A stretch of DNA of 63,767 nt, filler included, from Octopus bimaculoides (Eukaryota), in NCBI RefSeq assembly GCF_001194135.2. It is 4 parts of 4 records of this genome, joined end to end, with 100 filler letters (N's around TTAATTAATTAA, not from the genome) between each part and the next. Parts side by side here need not be neighbours in the genome. Positions count along the whole stretch, not along the records: positions 42,711 to 59,155 come from NC_068992.1; positions 59,256 to 63,767 come from NW_026338595.1; 2 more parts are not named here. One strand, given 5' to 3'. The notes beneath the pieces are model-generated. The model searched no databases. It saw nothing but the letters and a program-made list of their open reading frames with translations, and was not told where the DNA came from. The position numbers and the translations under genes were made by a program. How positions within the stretch are numbered: position 1 is the stretch's first letter; each line of letters starts with the position of its first letter. Positions 51,412-63,767 of the stretch are shown piece after piece.

Positions 51412-52520
51412 TATACAGACATAGACAAATACATGCATACAAACGTAGACATATATGTACATATTTGTGTGTGTACACACACATTTTCCTGTATATCTAG
51501 CACTAAACTAATACACCCAACCTTAAGTCAGGAAGTTGGCTGCTATTTCTGGCAGGTCCTCATAAAGGTGCCCTCATAAGTAAGGTTTGTTGTTGCTCAA
51601 ACCTAAAGGCAACCCAATCAAAATTTTGCCAATATATCTCAACAGCATCGGTGAAAAGTGATTGAGGATGGAAGGACAGAAAAACAACAAAAAATCAAAA
51701 TAAAATAAAAACACATATTTTGATTTCTAATACAGGGTATATGGACAGAAATAGCAAGGTCAGAGGAGTGTAGTCGGTTTTATTAATACCTAGTAGTTGA
51801 CAGATCCTTTATTCTGCTAATCCGAGACCCTTCTCAAACCCTGGTAACGATGAAAGGTAAACTTGGACCTTAGTAGGGTTTGAACACAGAACATCAAGGA
51901 CTGTGACTAAATGCAGCTAGGCATAAACCTCTGACTCCTTAACCCTTTTATTACCATATTTCTATAGAAACACAAATGGAATTTTGATGGAACGTTAAAA
52001 TTTAGATCACTTCAACTCTTTTGTTACCATACACCTGTTGACATAGACTGCTTTTTAATCAATTAATTTTTCAAAATAGTGAAAAATTTAGTAAAATAAC
52101 TTTTGCATTAACCTGGATCTAATGTTTGGAACATAAATTAACATGAAATTTTGATGAAAGGCTTAAATTTAGACCACTTTGAAACAGAAGTTTGTAACAT
52201 AAAACCAGAGTAAGTCTTTAGCAGGTTGGTATCAATTCATTCCCTTATATGGAAAGAGAGACAGAGAGAAAGAGTGAGAGAGAGAGAGGCGTGGGGAGCT
52301 GCTTTACATTTTCTTAGTTTTTATCTAAGCTAGGTGTATTTCTATGTACAGTTGAGCAAAGTCATAAATTTCTTGTAGTTTGAAAAATAACAAAACATCT
52401 CACATACATACATGCATGCATACACATACACACAGTGTCTACATTGACATTATAAACAATGTACAATTATATATATAATCTATATATGACATATTACACG
52501 TGTATATAATATACATATAG

Positions 52521-52571
<51 letters not shown>

Positions 52572-52594
52572 TATATACACAGATATATATATTC

Positions 52595-52626
<32 letters not shown>

Positions 52627-52973
52627 GCACATATATAAATATTCATACATATATATATATATGATTATTATTATAATTAAACTATTGACAGTGACTTCGA
52701 AGTTTCGCCCAGTTAAGCCATCATTGGATGATGGTTTAACTGGCCAAAACTTCAAAGTCACTGTCGACAACATTCTTGTTAAAGAATAATAGATTTGAAC
52801 TCAACAGAAATATAGAGTAACCACTCGTATTAATGTAAAATTAGTTTCATTACAACTAAACATAAGCACACACACACACACACACCATGTATGCAAGTGT
52901 ATATATATATATATATATATATATTACTATATATGATATAATGCATGCATGTTCATGCATATATATGTGTGTG

Positions 52974-53010
<37 letters not shown>

Positions 53011-53479
53011 TGTATGATGAATTGACATACATTCACATAGACACAAATGTACACGTATGACTAGACACTTATTAATCATCATCATCATTTTGTTTATTTG
53101 TTTATATCTTCTATCTATTACCATATCATTTCGTATTTCTTCCCAACGACACTCTAGAAGGNNNNNNNNNNNNNNNNNNNNNNNNNNNNNNNNNNNNNNN
53201 NNNNNNNNNNNNNNNNNNNNNNNNNNNNNNNNNNNNNNNNNNNNNNNNNNNNNNNNNNNNNCAAGTTGTATGTTTTGGTTACTTTATATTTTTTTGTTCT
53301 GCTTTGGGTTGTTTTTGTTGTTTTTTTTTAATTAATTAATTAATTAATTGATTGATTGATTGATTGATCACACAGGATTTCACTGAAGTCAGAACTGATC
53401 CTCAATACAATTTACTGGATTTGTCATGCTGCTTTTGTTGTTGATATTGTTGTAGTTAAACAATATTGAAGATGAATAG

Positions 53480-53507
53480 ATAGGCAGGCAGACAGACAGA
53501 CAGACAA

Positions 53508-53560
<53 letters not shown>
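53480..53560. repeat. (GACA)/(GATA)n tetranucleotide microsatellite
   Basis: Direct inspection. Confidence 0.95.
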
Positions 53561-54486
53561 ATATGATAGATAGCCTCGTGAAATCCACCCCTGTTTCAAA
53601 TAGATTACTTGTTTAACCAAGTCCAATGGTTTATAATAGCAAAAGGAAGATTTGGTGGAGATGGAGGAGGAAGAGGAAGGGGAGGTGGTACATTATTATT
53701 ATTACTACCATCATTATGAAAGAGGAGGGGGAATAGGTGCAGACAGTCGCAGATGTTTATCCCCATTCTGCGCTGCCTAAACAAGGGGGTCCACCAATCA
53801 TCTGCAGCTTTAGTAAGGGGAGAGTTTCACCAATTGTAATGTCTATTTACAAAAACTGTTTTCTTTCTTTCTTTCTTGCTTGCTTGCTTTCCTTCTTTCT
53901 TTCATTCTTTTTCTTTTTTTTTCATTGGTTCCTCTACCCAGACATTTTTGTTGTAGGGGTTTTGATGGAAGGTTGCTTATCTTCTTTGATATTTTCAATA
54001 TCATGATTTAAAAAAAAAAAAAACAATTTCAAAAGTGGGTGATATATGATATCTTAAATGCTTTTTGCTCATTAGTCAGATTGCATGCATATATATACAT
54101 ACAAACATACATACACATATATATATACATACATACAAAGATACATACATACACACACACATATTTATGTATCTGTCTGTGTCTGTGTGCTTGTTTCTAC
54201 AAGTGTACATGTATACATCTATATATATAATGCATGTATGTGTGTGAGTATGCATACAAATATTTGTGTTTGCACTTGCATGTATGTACCTAAGCACAAA
54301 TACGCCTGTACAAATGCATGTAAATGCATCAAGAGATGCAGCTATGCACGTTTGCATGTCTGCACATGAGCACAAAATGCATGTGTCTACTTATGCCTGC
54401 AAACAGCACAAATATGCATACACATGCACATTATTGCATTATCACGCAGACATGCACACACACACATACCTATACATACACTAGTG

Positions 54487-54520
<34 letters not shown>

Positions 54521-55425
54521 CATGTATGCACACATGAAATCGTGTATGTGTATACATCTTGGGAGAAAGTCTATCTATTTGTGTATATGAAAGAGAGAAA
54601 GAAAAAGGAGAGACCTTATATACCAGTTCTATAGGATTGTATGAGTGATAGATAGATAGATAAATAGATAGAGAGAGAGAGAGAAAGAGAGAGGATTGCA
54701 TGTGTGCAGTTGCACCAGTATGTATTGTATGTACATAAACTTAAATTTGCATGAAGTATATGAGCAACTTTACATGTGTATCTGCATCTATGTGTATGTG
54801 TGAGCATGTGTGTATGTATAATACTCCTTTTTCAGCATAGTGTTTCAGTGAATAAGTATGCAAAATGGAGAAGAAAGTAAAAAAAAAAAAAAAAAATGAA
54901 AAAAAAAGACGAAAATGATACAATGTTTAAGTAGTCAAAATGGCTTCCCCACGATCAAATCATCACAGGCTTTTTTTTGTTGTTGTTTGTTTTATCTTTT
55001 TTTTTTTCCTTTTCTTTCTTTTCAAAAAAAGACAAAAAGAGATTAACCAGAAATTGCACACAATAAATATTCCACTCACAGATCGTACCACCATACTCTC
55101 TGAGAACCCAACACTTTTGTCTTTTCTTTTTTTGTCTCTGTTAGCCAGCCCCGCTGTTTCAATCAAAATCCAACGCATGCTCTCGCTCTCTCTCGCTCTT
55201 TCAACTTCTGTTTTGTTTCTGGTATGTTTATTTGTTTGTTTGGTTGGTTGGTTGATTTTTTATATTTTTTTTTTTTAAATAAATCAACCAAACACACACG
55301 CACACACATTGACACTTATATACATAACTACATAGTGTATGTACAAGCATGTGTCTGTGTATGTATGAGTGTGTGTGCGCATATGAGTGTGTCTATGTAT
55401 GCATTGACCAAGTTCCATAGAGGCA

Positions 55426-55461
<36 letters not shown>

Positions 55462-55600
55462 CATCATCATTATTATTGTTGTTGTTGTCGTCGTCGTACT
55501 CTTTATACGTTTGTCAATCCAAAACAACTTGCTGCCATGAGTGAAGCAAGTCAGCAAGGGGAGAGGCCAGGTGAGTGTGCGGGCAGGGGGGACAGATTTT

Positions 55601-55839
55601 TCAGACCATGATTTCATCTTCTTGGACGTCGTCTAAACGTTCCAGGGAGAGGACGAGACCAGCATTACGCATTCTTCTGTAGCCGCCGGAGTTGGCGATG
55701 ATTTGGATTGGGAAGTTAGGTTGGGGGTGGTGCGAGCGGGAGTCGCTCGGTTTACGAGTTCGATATTTAGATGGTAAATGTCTGTGGGGAACAGCTACTC
55801 GTCGTTTGTTGAGGTGTTTTAAACGACTAGGTGGGTTAA
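55601..55839 (-). CDS. Terminal coding exon of an unidentified gene (NPPSRLKHLNKRRVAVPHRHLPSKYRTRK...LERLDDVQEDEIMV*)
   Basis: Strong acceptor T(n)GTCTTCTTGTTGCAG at 55840; a GC-rich 78-codon frame runs to TGA while the other two frames stop within 7 codons; UTR-like sequence follows. Product not recognised. Confidence 0.65.
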
Positions 55840-56167
55840 CTGCAACAAGAAGACAAAAAAAAAAAATGAGAAATAGATAAATATATATCAGTAAATAAAT
55901 GTCATTTTGCAATTTATTTAAACATATATTTGTACACACATCATCAGTAAATAGCTGTTATTGTGTAATTGATATACAGACACACACACATGCATATAGA
56001 TGTACAAACGCACACACACACACATATATATATATACTTATATATATATATATACTTATATAAACACAGGTACTTATTTACCTAGATATATGGATACATT
56101 TACCCACATATATAAACAGACATACATATATACATACGAGTATAAACATGCACATACCTATACATAC

Positions 56168-56209
<42 letters not shown>

Positions 56210-56754
56210 NNNNNNNNNNNNNNNNNNNNNNNNNNNNNNNNNNNNNNNNNNNNNNNNNNNNNNNNNNNNNNNNNNNNNNNNNNNNNNNNNNNNNNNNNNN
56301 NNNNNNNNNNNNNNNNNNNNNNNNNNNNNNNNNNNNNNNNNNNNNNNNNNNNNNNNNNNNNNNNNNNNNNNNNNNNNNNNNNNNNNNNNNNNNNNNNNNN
56401 NNNNNNNNNNNNNNNNNNNNNNNNNNNNNNNNNNNNNNNNNNNNNNNNNNNNNNNNNNNNNNNNNNNNNNNNNNNNNNNNNNNNNNNNNNNNNNNNNNNN
56501 NNNNNNNNNNNNNNNNNNNNNNNNNNNNNNNNNNNNNNNNNNNNNNNNNNNNNNNNNNNNNNNNNNNNNNNNNNNNNNNNNNNNNNNNNNNNNNNNNNNN
56601 NNNNNATGAACGAAACTTATATGTAAAAGCTTGAGCTATCTGTACTTACACCATGATTTTTGCCTTTGTTTCTAATGAGATCAATAAAACATATACTATA
56701 CAAAGTACTGAGAAGGGACAGGATCACTTGATATAATCAGTGAAAAAAAAAAAA

Positions 56755-56950
56755 AACTGGGTAAGATAGTTTGACTGGAACTGGTAAGCCGGACAGCTGC
56801 ACAAGATTCCAGTCTGATTTGTCTTGGTTTCTCCAGCTGGATGCCCTTCCTAACGCCAACCACTCCAAGTTGTGTAATGGATGCTTTTTATGTGCCACCG
56901 GCATGGGTGTCGTTTGCATGACACCGGCACCAGCCACAGCTATGATTTCA
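56755..56950 (-). mobile_element. SINE 3' region with AGGAAGGGCATCCAGC motif; inverted partner at 57315-57425
   Basis: CAGCTGGATGCCCTTCCTAACGC at about 56835 is the reverse complement of GCGTTAGGAAGGGCATCCAGCTG at about 57312. Confidence 0.65.
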
Positions 56951-57569
56951 GGGGTGCCATTCATGACACACACACATATATTATTTAATGTACGCTGTGT
57001 ATAGATAAGAGCCACTAACAGTTTCTTGCTATGAGGACATGTGGCTAGGCAGGTTTTTGTAACCTATGCATATTTATCCCCCACTGGATGCAGCACTTCT
57101 TTTGTTGATCTTACCTGAAAGAAACAATAAATTACATACCCCCCCCCACACACACACACACAAATATATGGACAATGAGCCATAGATAGTTTAATGCATT
57201 GATTGATTAATTAATTAATTAATTAATTAGTGCATTTAATTGTTAAGGGCAAACTTCGAAGTACGAGAATGACTGATTATACATACATACATATATATAT
57301 ATATGTATAATTGCGTTAGGAAGGGCATCCAGCTGTAGAAACTCTGCCAGATCAGATTGGAGCCTGGTGCAGCCTTCTGGCTTGCCTGTTTTCAGTCAAA
57401 TCGTCCAACCCATGTGTGTCTAATGCAACAAATAACTGTGTCTGCTTCCAGATTCTGCTGGTGTTCTCAACCCCACCCACCCACCAAATCACCGACTGAA
57501 AATAATTTTATAAACAAAACAAAATACAATGAAGACAAAACAAATTAGCAGTGATTGATTATAGAGAAG

Positions 57570-58010
57570 GTGGTTAATGATATAGAGGACACCTGAGATT
57601 CGTTAGCATGAAGATTAATGATGCCAGAGATTGGCTATGGTGGACATTTATGATGAAGTTTAATGAAGAAGATAATAAGGGGGTTAATGATGTAGAGGAC
57701 ACTTGGGATTCGTTAAAGTGAAGATTAATGATGCTGGGGAGTGACTATGGTGGAGATTAATGATGGAGATGAAGATATTAAGAGGGTTAATGAAGTGGAG
57801 ACCACGTGAGATTCATTAGAGTGAAGATTGGTTATGGTGAAGATTAATGATGCCTAAGATTGGACTATGGTGAATATTATATAATGAAGATTAATGGAGA
57901 AGATATTGATGTAGAGGGCACTTGAGGTTGATTATAGAGAAGATTAACAATGAAGAAGATACTTGAGATTGATTATAGTAAAGATTAATGATGGTGAACA
58001 GACAGGAGAT
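57570..58010. repeat. Degenerate ~105-110 bp tandem repeat built from GAAGATTAATGATG sub-repeats
   Basis: Unit starts GGTTAATGA..TAGAGGACAC near 57572, 57682 and 57786, then decays. Confidence 0.75.
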
Positions 58011-58064
58011 TGAATATAATGAAGATTGATGAGGTAATGCAATTAAGCATTTTGCCCAGCATGA

Positions 58065-58205
58065 TGATGGTGGTTGTGATGGTAGTGGTGGTGGTGATGG
58101 TGATGATGGTGGTGGTGATAGGTGGTGGTGATGATGGTGGTGGTGGTGATGGTGGTGGTGGTGGTGGTGGTGGGTGTGGTAGTGGTGATGATGACGATGA
58201 TGATA
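58065..58205. repeat. (GGT)/(GAT)n trinucleotide microsatellite
   Basis: Direct inspection. Confidence 0.95.
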
Positions 58206-58214
58206 TGTAAGTAA

Positions 58215-58329
58215 TTCAAAGGAGAGTGGTGGCAGGTGTAGGACAGATAAAAATCCTAAAGTAGTGACGAAGCAAGAGGAAAAGAGAGAATTTAAACAAG
58301 ACAGACAGGATGACACCTTGAATAGATGG

Positions 58330-58379
<50 letters not shown>

Positions 58380-58830
58380 AAACAAAAAAAAACAATCTAT
58401 GGTCAATTCTTGCAGGGAAATGTCTGAAACAGTCCGACAAAGATAAGAATTGGGAATGGACAAGGAAAAAGGACTTCAGAGTTGAAACTGGATCCCTTAT
58501 CATTGCAGCCCAGGAACAGGCAGTGAGAATGAACTATATCAAGTTCCGTCTTGACGCATGAGTGACTTCCTCACTTTGCAGGTGGAATAATAAACCACAT
58601 CATTAGTGAATGTAAGATAATTGCAGAAAAAAAGAGTACAAGAGCAGGCACAACGACATTGCCTGATTGGTTCACTTAAAGATCTGACATAAGTATGACA
58701 CGAGCAGAAGTGAGAAAATGGTGTGAGCACCAACCGGAAAAGGTTGCTGAAAACGAACAATATAAGATTTTTGTGGGACATGATCATATACTGTGACCGT
58801 TTTAGTGTGGCTAGAATAATAAGAATAATG
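58215..58830 (+). mobile_element. Dong/R4-like RLE LINE fragment (post-RT region to endonuclease start) with an internal poly-A expansion
   Basis: RWKKK[A-run]YGQF...WEWTRKKDFRVETGSLIIAAQEQAVRMNYIK...HIISEC...YKSRHND...WCEHQPEKVAENEQYKI.WD. Confidence 0.8.
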
Positions 58831-58834
58831 GTTT

Positions 58835-59155
58835 CAAATTTTGTCACAAGGCCAGCAAGTTTGTGGGGGAGGGGGGTGCTAAGTTGATTACACTGATCTC
58901 AGTATTCAACTGGTACTTGCTGTATCGACCGGTGAAGGATGAAAAGCAAAGCTGACCCCAGTCGAATTTGAATGTAAAGATGGATGAAATGCTGTTAAGC
59001 ATTTTGCCAGACATGCTAACGGTTCTGCCAGTTCACCATCTTAAATAATAATAATAATAATAATAATAATCCTTTCTACTGAAAGCACAAGGCCTGAAAT
59101 TTTGGGGGAGGGGATTAGTCGATTACATCGATCCCCAGTGTTTCACTGGTACTGA
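58835..59155 (-). mobile_element. Two SINE family A copies separated by (TAA)n
   Basis: 58835-59040 is near full length (ends TTCTGCCAGTTCACC); 59071-59155 is a tail fragment. Confidence 0.8.
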
Positions 59156-59255
59156 NNNNNNNNNNNNNNNNNNNNNNNNNNNNNNNNNNNNNNNNNNNNT
59201 TAATTAATTAANNNNNNNNNNNNNNNNNNNNNNNNNNNNNNNNNNNNNNNNNNNN

Positions 59256-59294
<39 letters not shown>

Positions 59295-61138
59295 GCGCCA
59301 GGCATAGAGATGTGAGCTGCACAGTTACGATGCGTTGCAAGCCTGTAATTTCATGGTACGGCTTTCTTTGTTGTGCCATTAAACAATAATATGGTGCAGC
59401 GGTTTTATCTTCCCTCTCAAGAAACTAGGTTGGTATAAAGGACTATGTTAGTTATTTCAATTTGTATCATGTGATCTATATTCCATAAAAGATCCATTAA
59501 CTTCTGAAAATATGACAGTTTACATTTGTGTAACGCCTCTCATATATAGAATAATCGCAGCCAGCCTTTTAAACAACTACTTAACTGCTGACATGTTTCT
59601 GTCTTACATCCATGTTGTAAAGAAACATGTTGTAGTCATAGATTTTTACAGGTAGCGGTATTCTTTAGTATCATGTTATGTAGGCAAGAACCGATAGTTC
59701 AATAGGGCAGCTGTAAAAATTGTATATAGGTCACTTGGGTAGGCTAAATAAACAATCACTGCTAAAAGGCATTCTTTTTAAATTTATATTCCGAGCGATA
59801 ATGAGAATCAATAACGTTTTCCCGGTTACATTGTAAAAGAAAAAACTATTTTGAGAATACTGTTCATATAAAATGAAGGAACATACAAATTAATTGTATC
59901 TAGATTATTTGTCTTAGATCTATGTTTGTAGTATTTCTTTATAAAATTGAAAAATAGTCGTATGGGACAATTTATAGATTACTGTTAAACCTATCTATTT
60001 TCATCGAGATAAATATACTTTAGGAAAAATTGATAACAGAATCTCTTTTCATCAAGTTTTTATTGATTAAAAATGTTATAAGTAATGTTCTTGAATTTCG
60101 ATTACATTTACAATTTTGAAGAATCACTTATGTCTGCAGTGATAATATTTTTGGATTACCGAATTAAATGCTTAAAATGCAACAATGAGATGCTTAAATT
60201 AAAAATATAAGACATATTAACTCTTTCTTCATTTTAGTTATATATAAATTAGACTGAAGTTAGAGTAAAAAGTATTTGCACTTTATAAATATATATTTAC
60301 ATATATCCTAGTGACATGAGACAAACCAATTATTTCAATCTGTCTCCCATCCTTCATTCATTGTATTTATAAAGGATTTACAACAATGTCTCTGTAAATA
60401 ATTTCTACGTACTTATTATTGTCATCCTAACAGGAACGAAGGCATCAACAGCAACAACAAAATCAACAACAGATTTGTCAAGGAGATAATTAAGAGTAAG
60501 TTGATTTATTAAAACCTTCCCAGTAAATATCCACAGTTGATTATCCTATTTTGTAGGAAAATTATATTTTATACACAATATCAGATTCTCCCGGAATTTC
60601 ATTGGATATACAATTAGTTCGATACTTATTATATTAGTCTTAGTAGAGAAGATTATTATCTGTAATATCTTGTACTGATTTCATATGTCTCTACTAATAA
60701 AGAATACTTCAAATTTAGCAGGCTAATTACTTCAATATTGACATTAGTGGTGCTATAACCTATATAAGTATTATTGTTTGGGAATGCCGCTTGATTAGAA
60801 TTACAGGTTAGATAACTTTTGCTTATTTAAATTCCATTTTTCACACATTGCCATTCAAATCCCATAGAGTTGTAACATAGCCTTTCTATTTATAACATAT
60901 CCTGAAATCTTACTCAGTGATAAATATAGAAATTAAACCCAGGTTTCCCTTTGGCTTATTTTCAGGTAACAACAAAGACCTCTGAAGAATGTGACCGGAA
61001 GATAGACGACACTTGGATAATGCTTCGGCAGAATCATTCGAGGGAAAAGGAACAGAATGTCTTATGATATTTGTCCCTGCGATTTTCAAATTTCCTTTCA
61101 TTAAATCGAGATCAAATAGCTACCAGATACACACTAAC

Positions 61139-61181
61139 CCGTTTTCTGGCCCCCAACACACTCCTTTCTCTTTGAATGGTT
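61139..61181 (-). CDS. Candidate 43-nt exon upstream of the 55839 exon
   Basis: Acceptor TTTTTCTTTCTTTCCCCACTTCCACAG and donor GG|GTTAGT. Reading NHSKRKECVGGQKT joins in phase to (V)NPPSR. Confidence 0.3.
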
Positions 61182-62289
61182 CTGTGGAAGTGGGGAAAGA
61201 AAGAAAAATTGACATCCCTTTCCAGACGTTTTTGATAACATCACTTGCAACACTGAAAATACAACACACGCACACATGCACTCACGCACGCGCAAACAAA
61301 CATACACACGCACAGACATTGTAACGCAATGTATCTAACCAGAATGAAATCAGTCATAATTTAACGATTCTGCTGAAGGTATATAATAGATATTGATCAA
61401 CATCACTTCACTACATTACGGCATCCCATATTAACGAATAGGCTTTCCTATACTACAATAGTAATTTAGTCAAATTCTGGAATATAATCATTTGCTCAAC
61501 AGCTCTATATTTTCCAACTGAGTAATTTTCTGTGAGGGAAATCCAATACAATGAATCTCTGAGGAAGCACATTTATTTGTATTTGCTGAAATAAACATGT
61601 ATCCCTACACCGAGGGAATACCGTAAAACAGGGGGAATTTCCCTCAATAGACGGGGGGAAATTATAAGCTATTCGTCAAATAGAAAACGATAAAATGTGT
61701 ACCAAGAAACTACTAATTTCAATATTATCAACTAAAATTATGTGCTCCAGCATGGCTACAGTCAGTTATTGAAGCCAATAATAAAAAAGAAAAAAACGAA
61801 TATTATATAAAATTTTTAAAGTGTTTCCTTAACACATAAGTATTACTAAATTCAGGAAAAGTGGTCCTTAATTATTTTTATTTTTCACATTCTCATTCTG
61901 TTCAGTTTGGAATGTGTTAATAAAAACGTGGAAACATATTTCCTATTAATACATTCTGAAGGTTCATATTAGTTCTCTTGCACTGCCGTGTATTCTGCAG
62001 ATAATTCACTCTTAATTACATTTACGTCATATATATTTTATGATACGACCGTTTCTTCTTGGTAGTTTGCCCTTTACATTTGTTTCTGTTAATGAGATAA
62101 TATATGCGGAGGCAGCAATAAAATATTCAACAACAAAATTGATTAGCTTCTCATTAACATCACATTTCGTCATTGCTAAAATATTTAAAACCTACAAGAC
62201 ATATTTTTAGATCTATAAGTTTTGAATTCTTTTTCATTTTGGAACGAGCTATCATCATTGTTCTATTTCTTTATCATCATAATCATCAT

Positions 62290-62680
62290 CATCATCTTTA
62301 CACCGGAACCACTCTCTTGTTAATTGTACCATCCAAAACCGTTCATTTCGTTGACATGTGTTGCATCCCATGAAGTCTCTTTCTCCTTTGTTCCTAGTTA
62401 CATACAGTTTGTCAATATCGCTTTTTCGGTGTAATTATCATCACTTTTCTAGTTATCCTGTCCATTTCCTAAATCTCGTTCTTCGTCCACCTAACAACAC
62501 CTGCACTATATTGCATCAAGGAAACAGTCCGAGTGTTCATTGCCCTGAATTTGTTTTATTCATTGAGATTACTTCCTATGGTTAGCCTGGTTTTTCTCAG
62601 ATATTCTCTCCTCAAGCTTTCCTTCATTTCACTTTCCTTGATTTTGTCATATTCCAAGATACTCAGGTATCCATAAGTAA
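62290..62680 (-). mobile_element. Dong/R4-like LINE RT C-terminal fragment next to (TTA)n
   Basis: YGYLSILEYDKIKESEMKESLRREYLRKTRL...QYSAGVVRWTKNEI..MDRITRK...DIDKLYVTRNKG. Confidence 0.8.
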
Positions 62681-62695
62681 ATTAATTATTATTAT

Positions 62696-62850
62696 TCTGG
62701 ACGAAATGCTTAGCGGTATTTCACCCGTCGCTACGTTCTATGAGGTCGAGGTTGCTTTTCATCATTTCGAGGTCGATAAAGTACCAGTTAAACACTGGGG
62801 TCGATGTAATCGACCACTCCCCTCCCCCAAAATTTAAGGATGTGTGCCTC
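62696..62850 (+). mobile_element. SINE family A, 5'-truncated
   Basis: GGACGAAATGCTTAGCGGTATTTC...GGGGTCGATGTAATCGAC...CCCCAAAATTT...AGAAAGG. Confidence 0.8.
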
Positions 62851-62884
62851 CAATAGAAAGGGCTATTGTTTTTATTGATTGAGA

Positions 62885-63410
62885 GAGCAGTGCATGCCGT
62901 CAAAGTGACAGTAGGGTAAAAATATACGAGACCCATTACACCCATCATGACTTCCCGTCTGACAAGGGAACACCAGGCACATGCATCACAACGATATGTG
63001 TATGAAATGGTGATCTCATATCGAGAGGAACAGCACATGATCTTGCAGGTGGAGATCAGTTAGAATTTTCTTCAGGACGAGTAGCCCATCCCGCTCAAAA
63101 CATCTTTGAATAAGGATGTTGAACGAAACACACATGTTTCCGGAGATGAATTGTCCAAATCCCAAAGAATTCTTCTCAACTCATGGCCGTGATGCTCTCC
63201 TACTAATTATGCTCGCGATTAGAGACGCACATATCGTCAGCTTCTAAGGGACATTTTCAACTAGTTAAGGTCAAACAAGTGACAAGCAAATTTGTGGTAT
63301 TGAGCAGAATATTCTTTTATACGAAGACAGAACAATGTACACGATAACATTTGGAATCAATTAAGTTGAGAAGTCATGAAATGCACTGCCTGGTACTGCA
63401 CCGGGGCATT
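62885..63410. repeat. Probable interspersed repeat (GC-richer ~500 bp block)
   Basis: Composition differs from its flanks and it resembles an abundant octopus repeat I recall; single copy in this window, so not verifiable here. Confidence 0.35.
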
Positions 63411-63729
63411 TATTATTAGTAACTAACTCGTTTGGTCACGCATTTCATGTTGTTTGGACAGTTGGTGACGTCCTGTACCCATATATGCACATATATATAA
63501 GTATATACCGAGAGAACGCAATCAATGACGGGAATCAGAGTTTGTGTATTGGTGTATAATAAACTATGAGTAAGGGGTGCTAGACAGTCTACACTGGACT
63601 ACTTCACAGTGGAAATGATATTGTATGCAAACAAATACAAAGTAAAGTGTGTAATGAATGGAATTATAGTTGTAGGACATTTGATCAAAGGAAAGAGAGA
63701 CAATTATGGTGGGAACGGATGGGGATATA

Positions 63730-63767
<38 letters not shown>

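Overview
AT-rich eukaryotic genomic DNA from a draft scaffold with many N gaps. The tRNA-derived SINE families, microsatellite load and LINE spectrum point to an octopus (coleoid cephalopod) genome; this is an inference from recognised repeats, not a database match. No complete, recognisable host gene is present. Most of the window is microsatellites, three tRNA-derived SINE families and decayed retroelements (CR1/L2, Tx1/L1, RTE, several RLE-type Dong/R4-like LINEs at TAA or CATA repeats, and a Penelope element with an inverted terminal repeat), plus Tc1/mariner relics. The non-repeat signals are: (i) a GC-rich minus-strand terminal coding exon at 55601-55839; (ii) a minus-strand promoter-like island at about 44570-44745, followed by a 300+ nt ATG-free leader and a 28-codon ORF; (iii) a few splice-flanked candidate exons on both strands. 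Structural oddities include an ~800 bp TIR element carrying telomeric TTAGGG repeats, a head-to-tail SINE chain, and an unexplained inverted-plus-direct duplication. I found nothing I can confidently call a new biological system; the best leads are the small-ORF transcription unit and the TTAGGG-bearing element.
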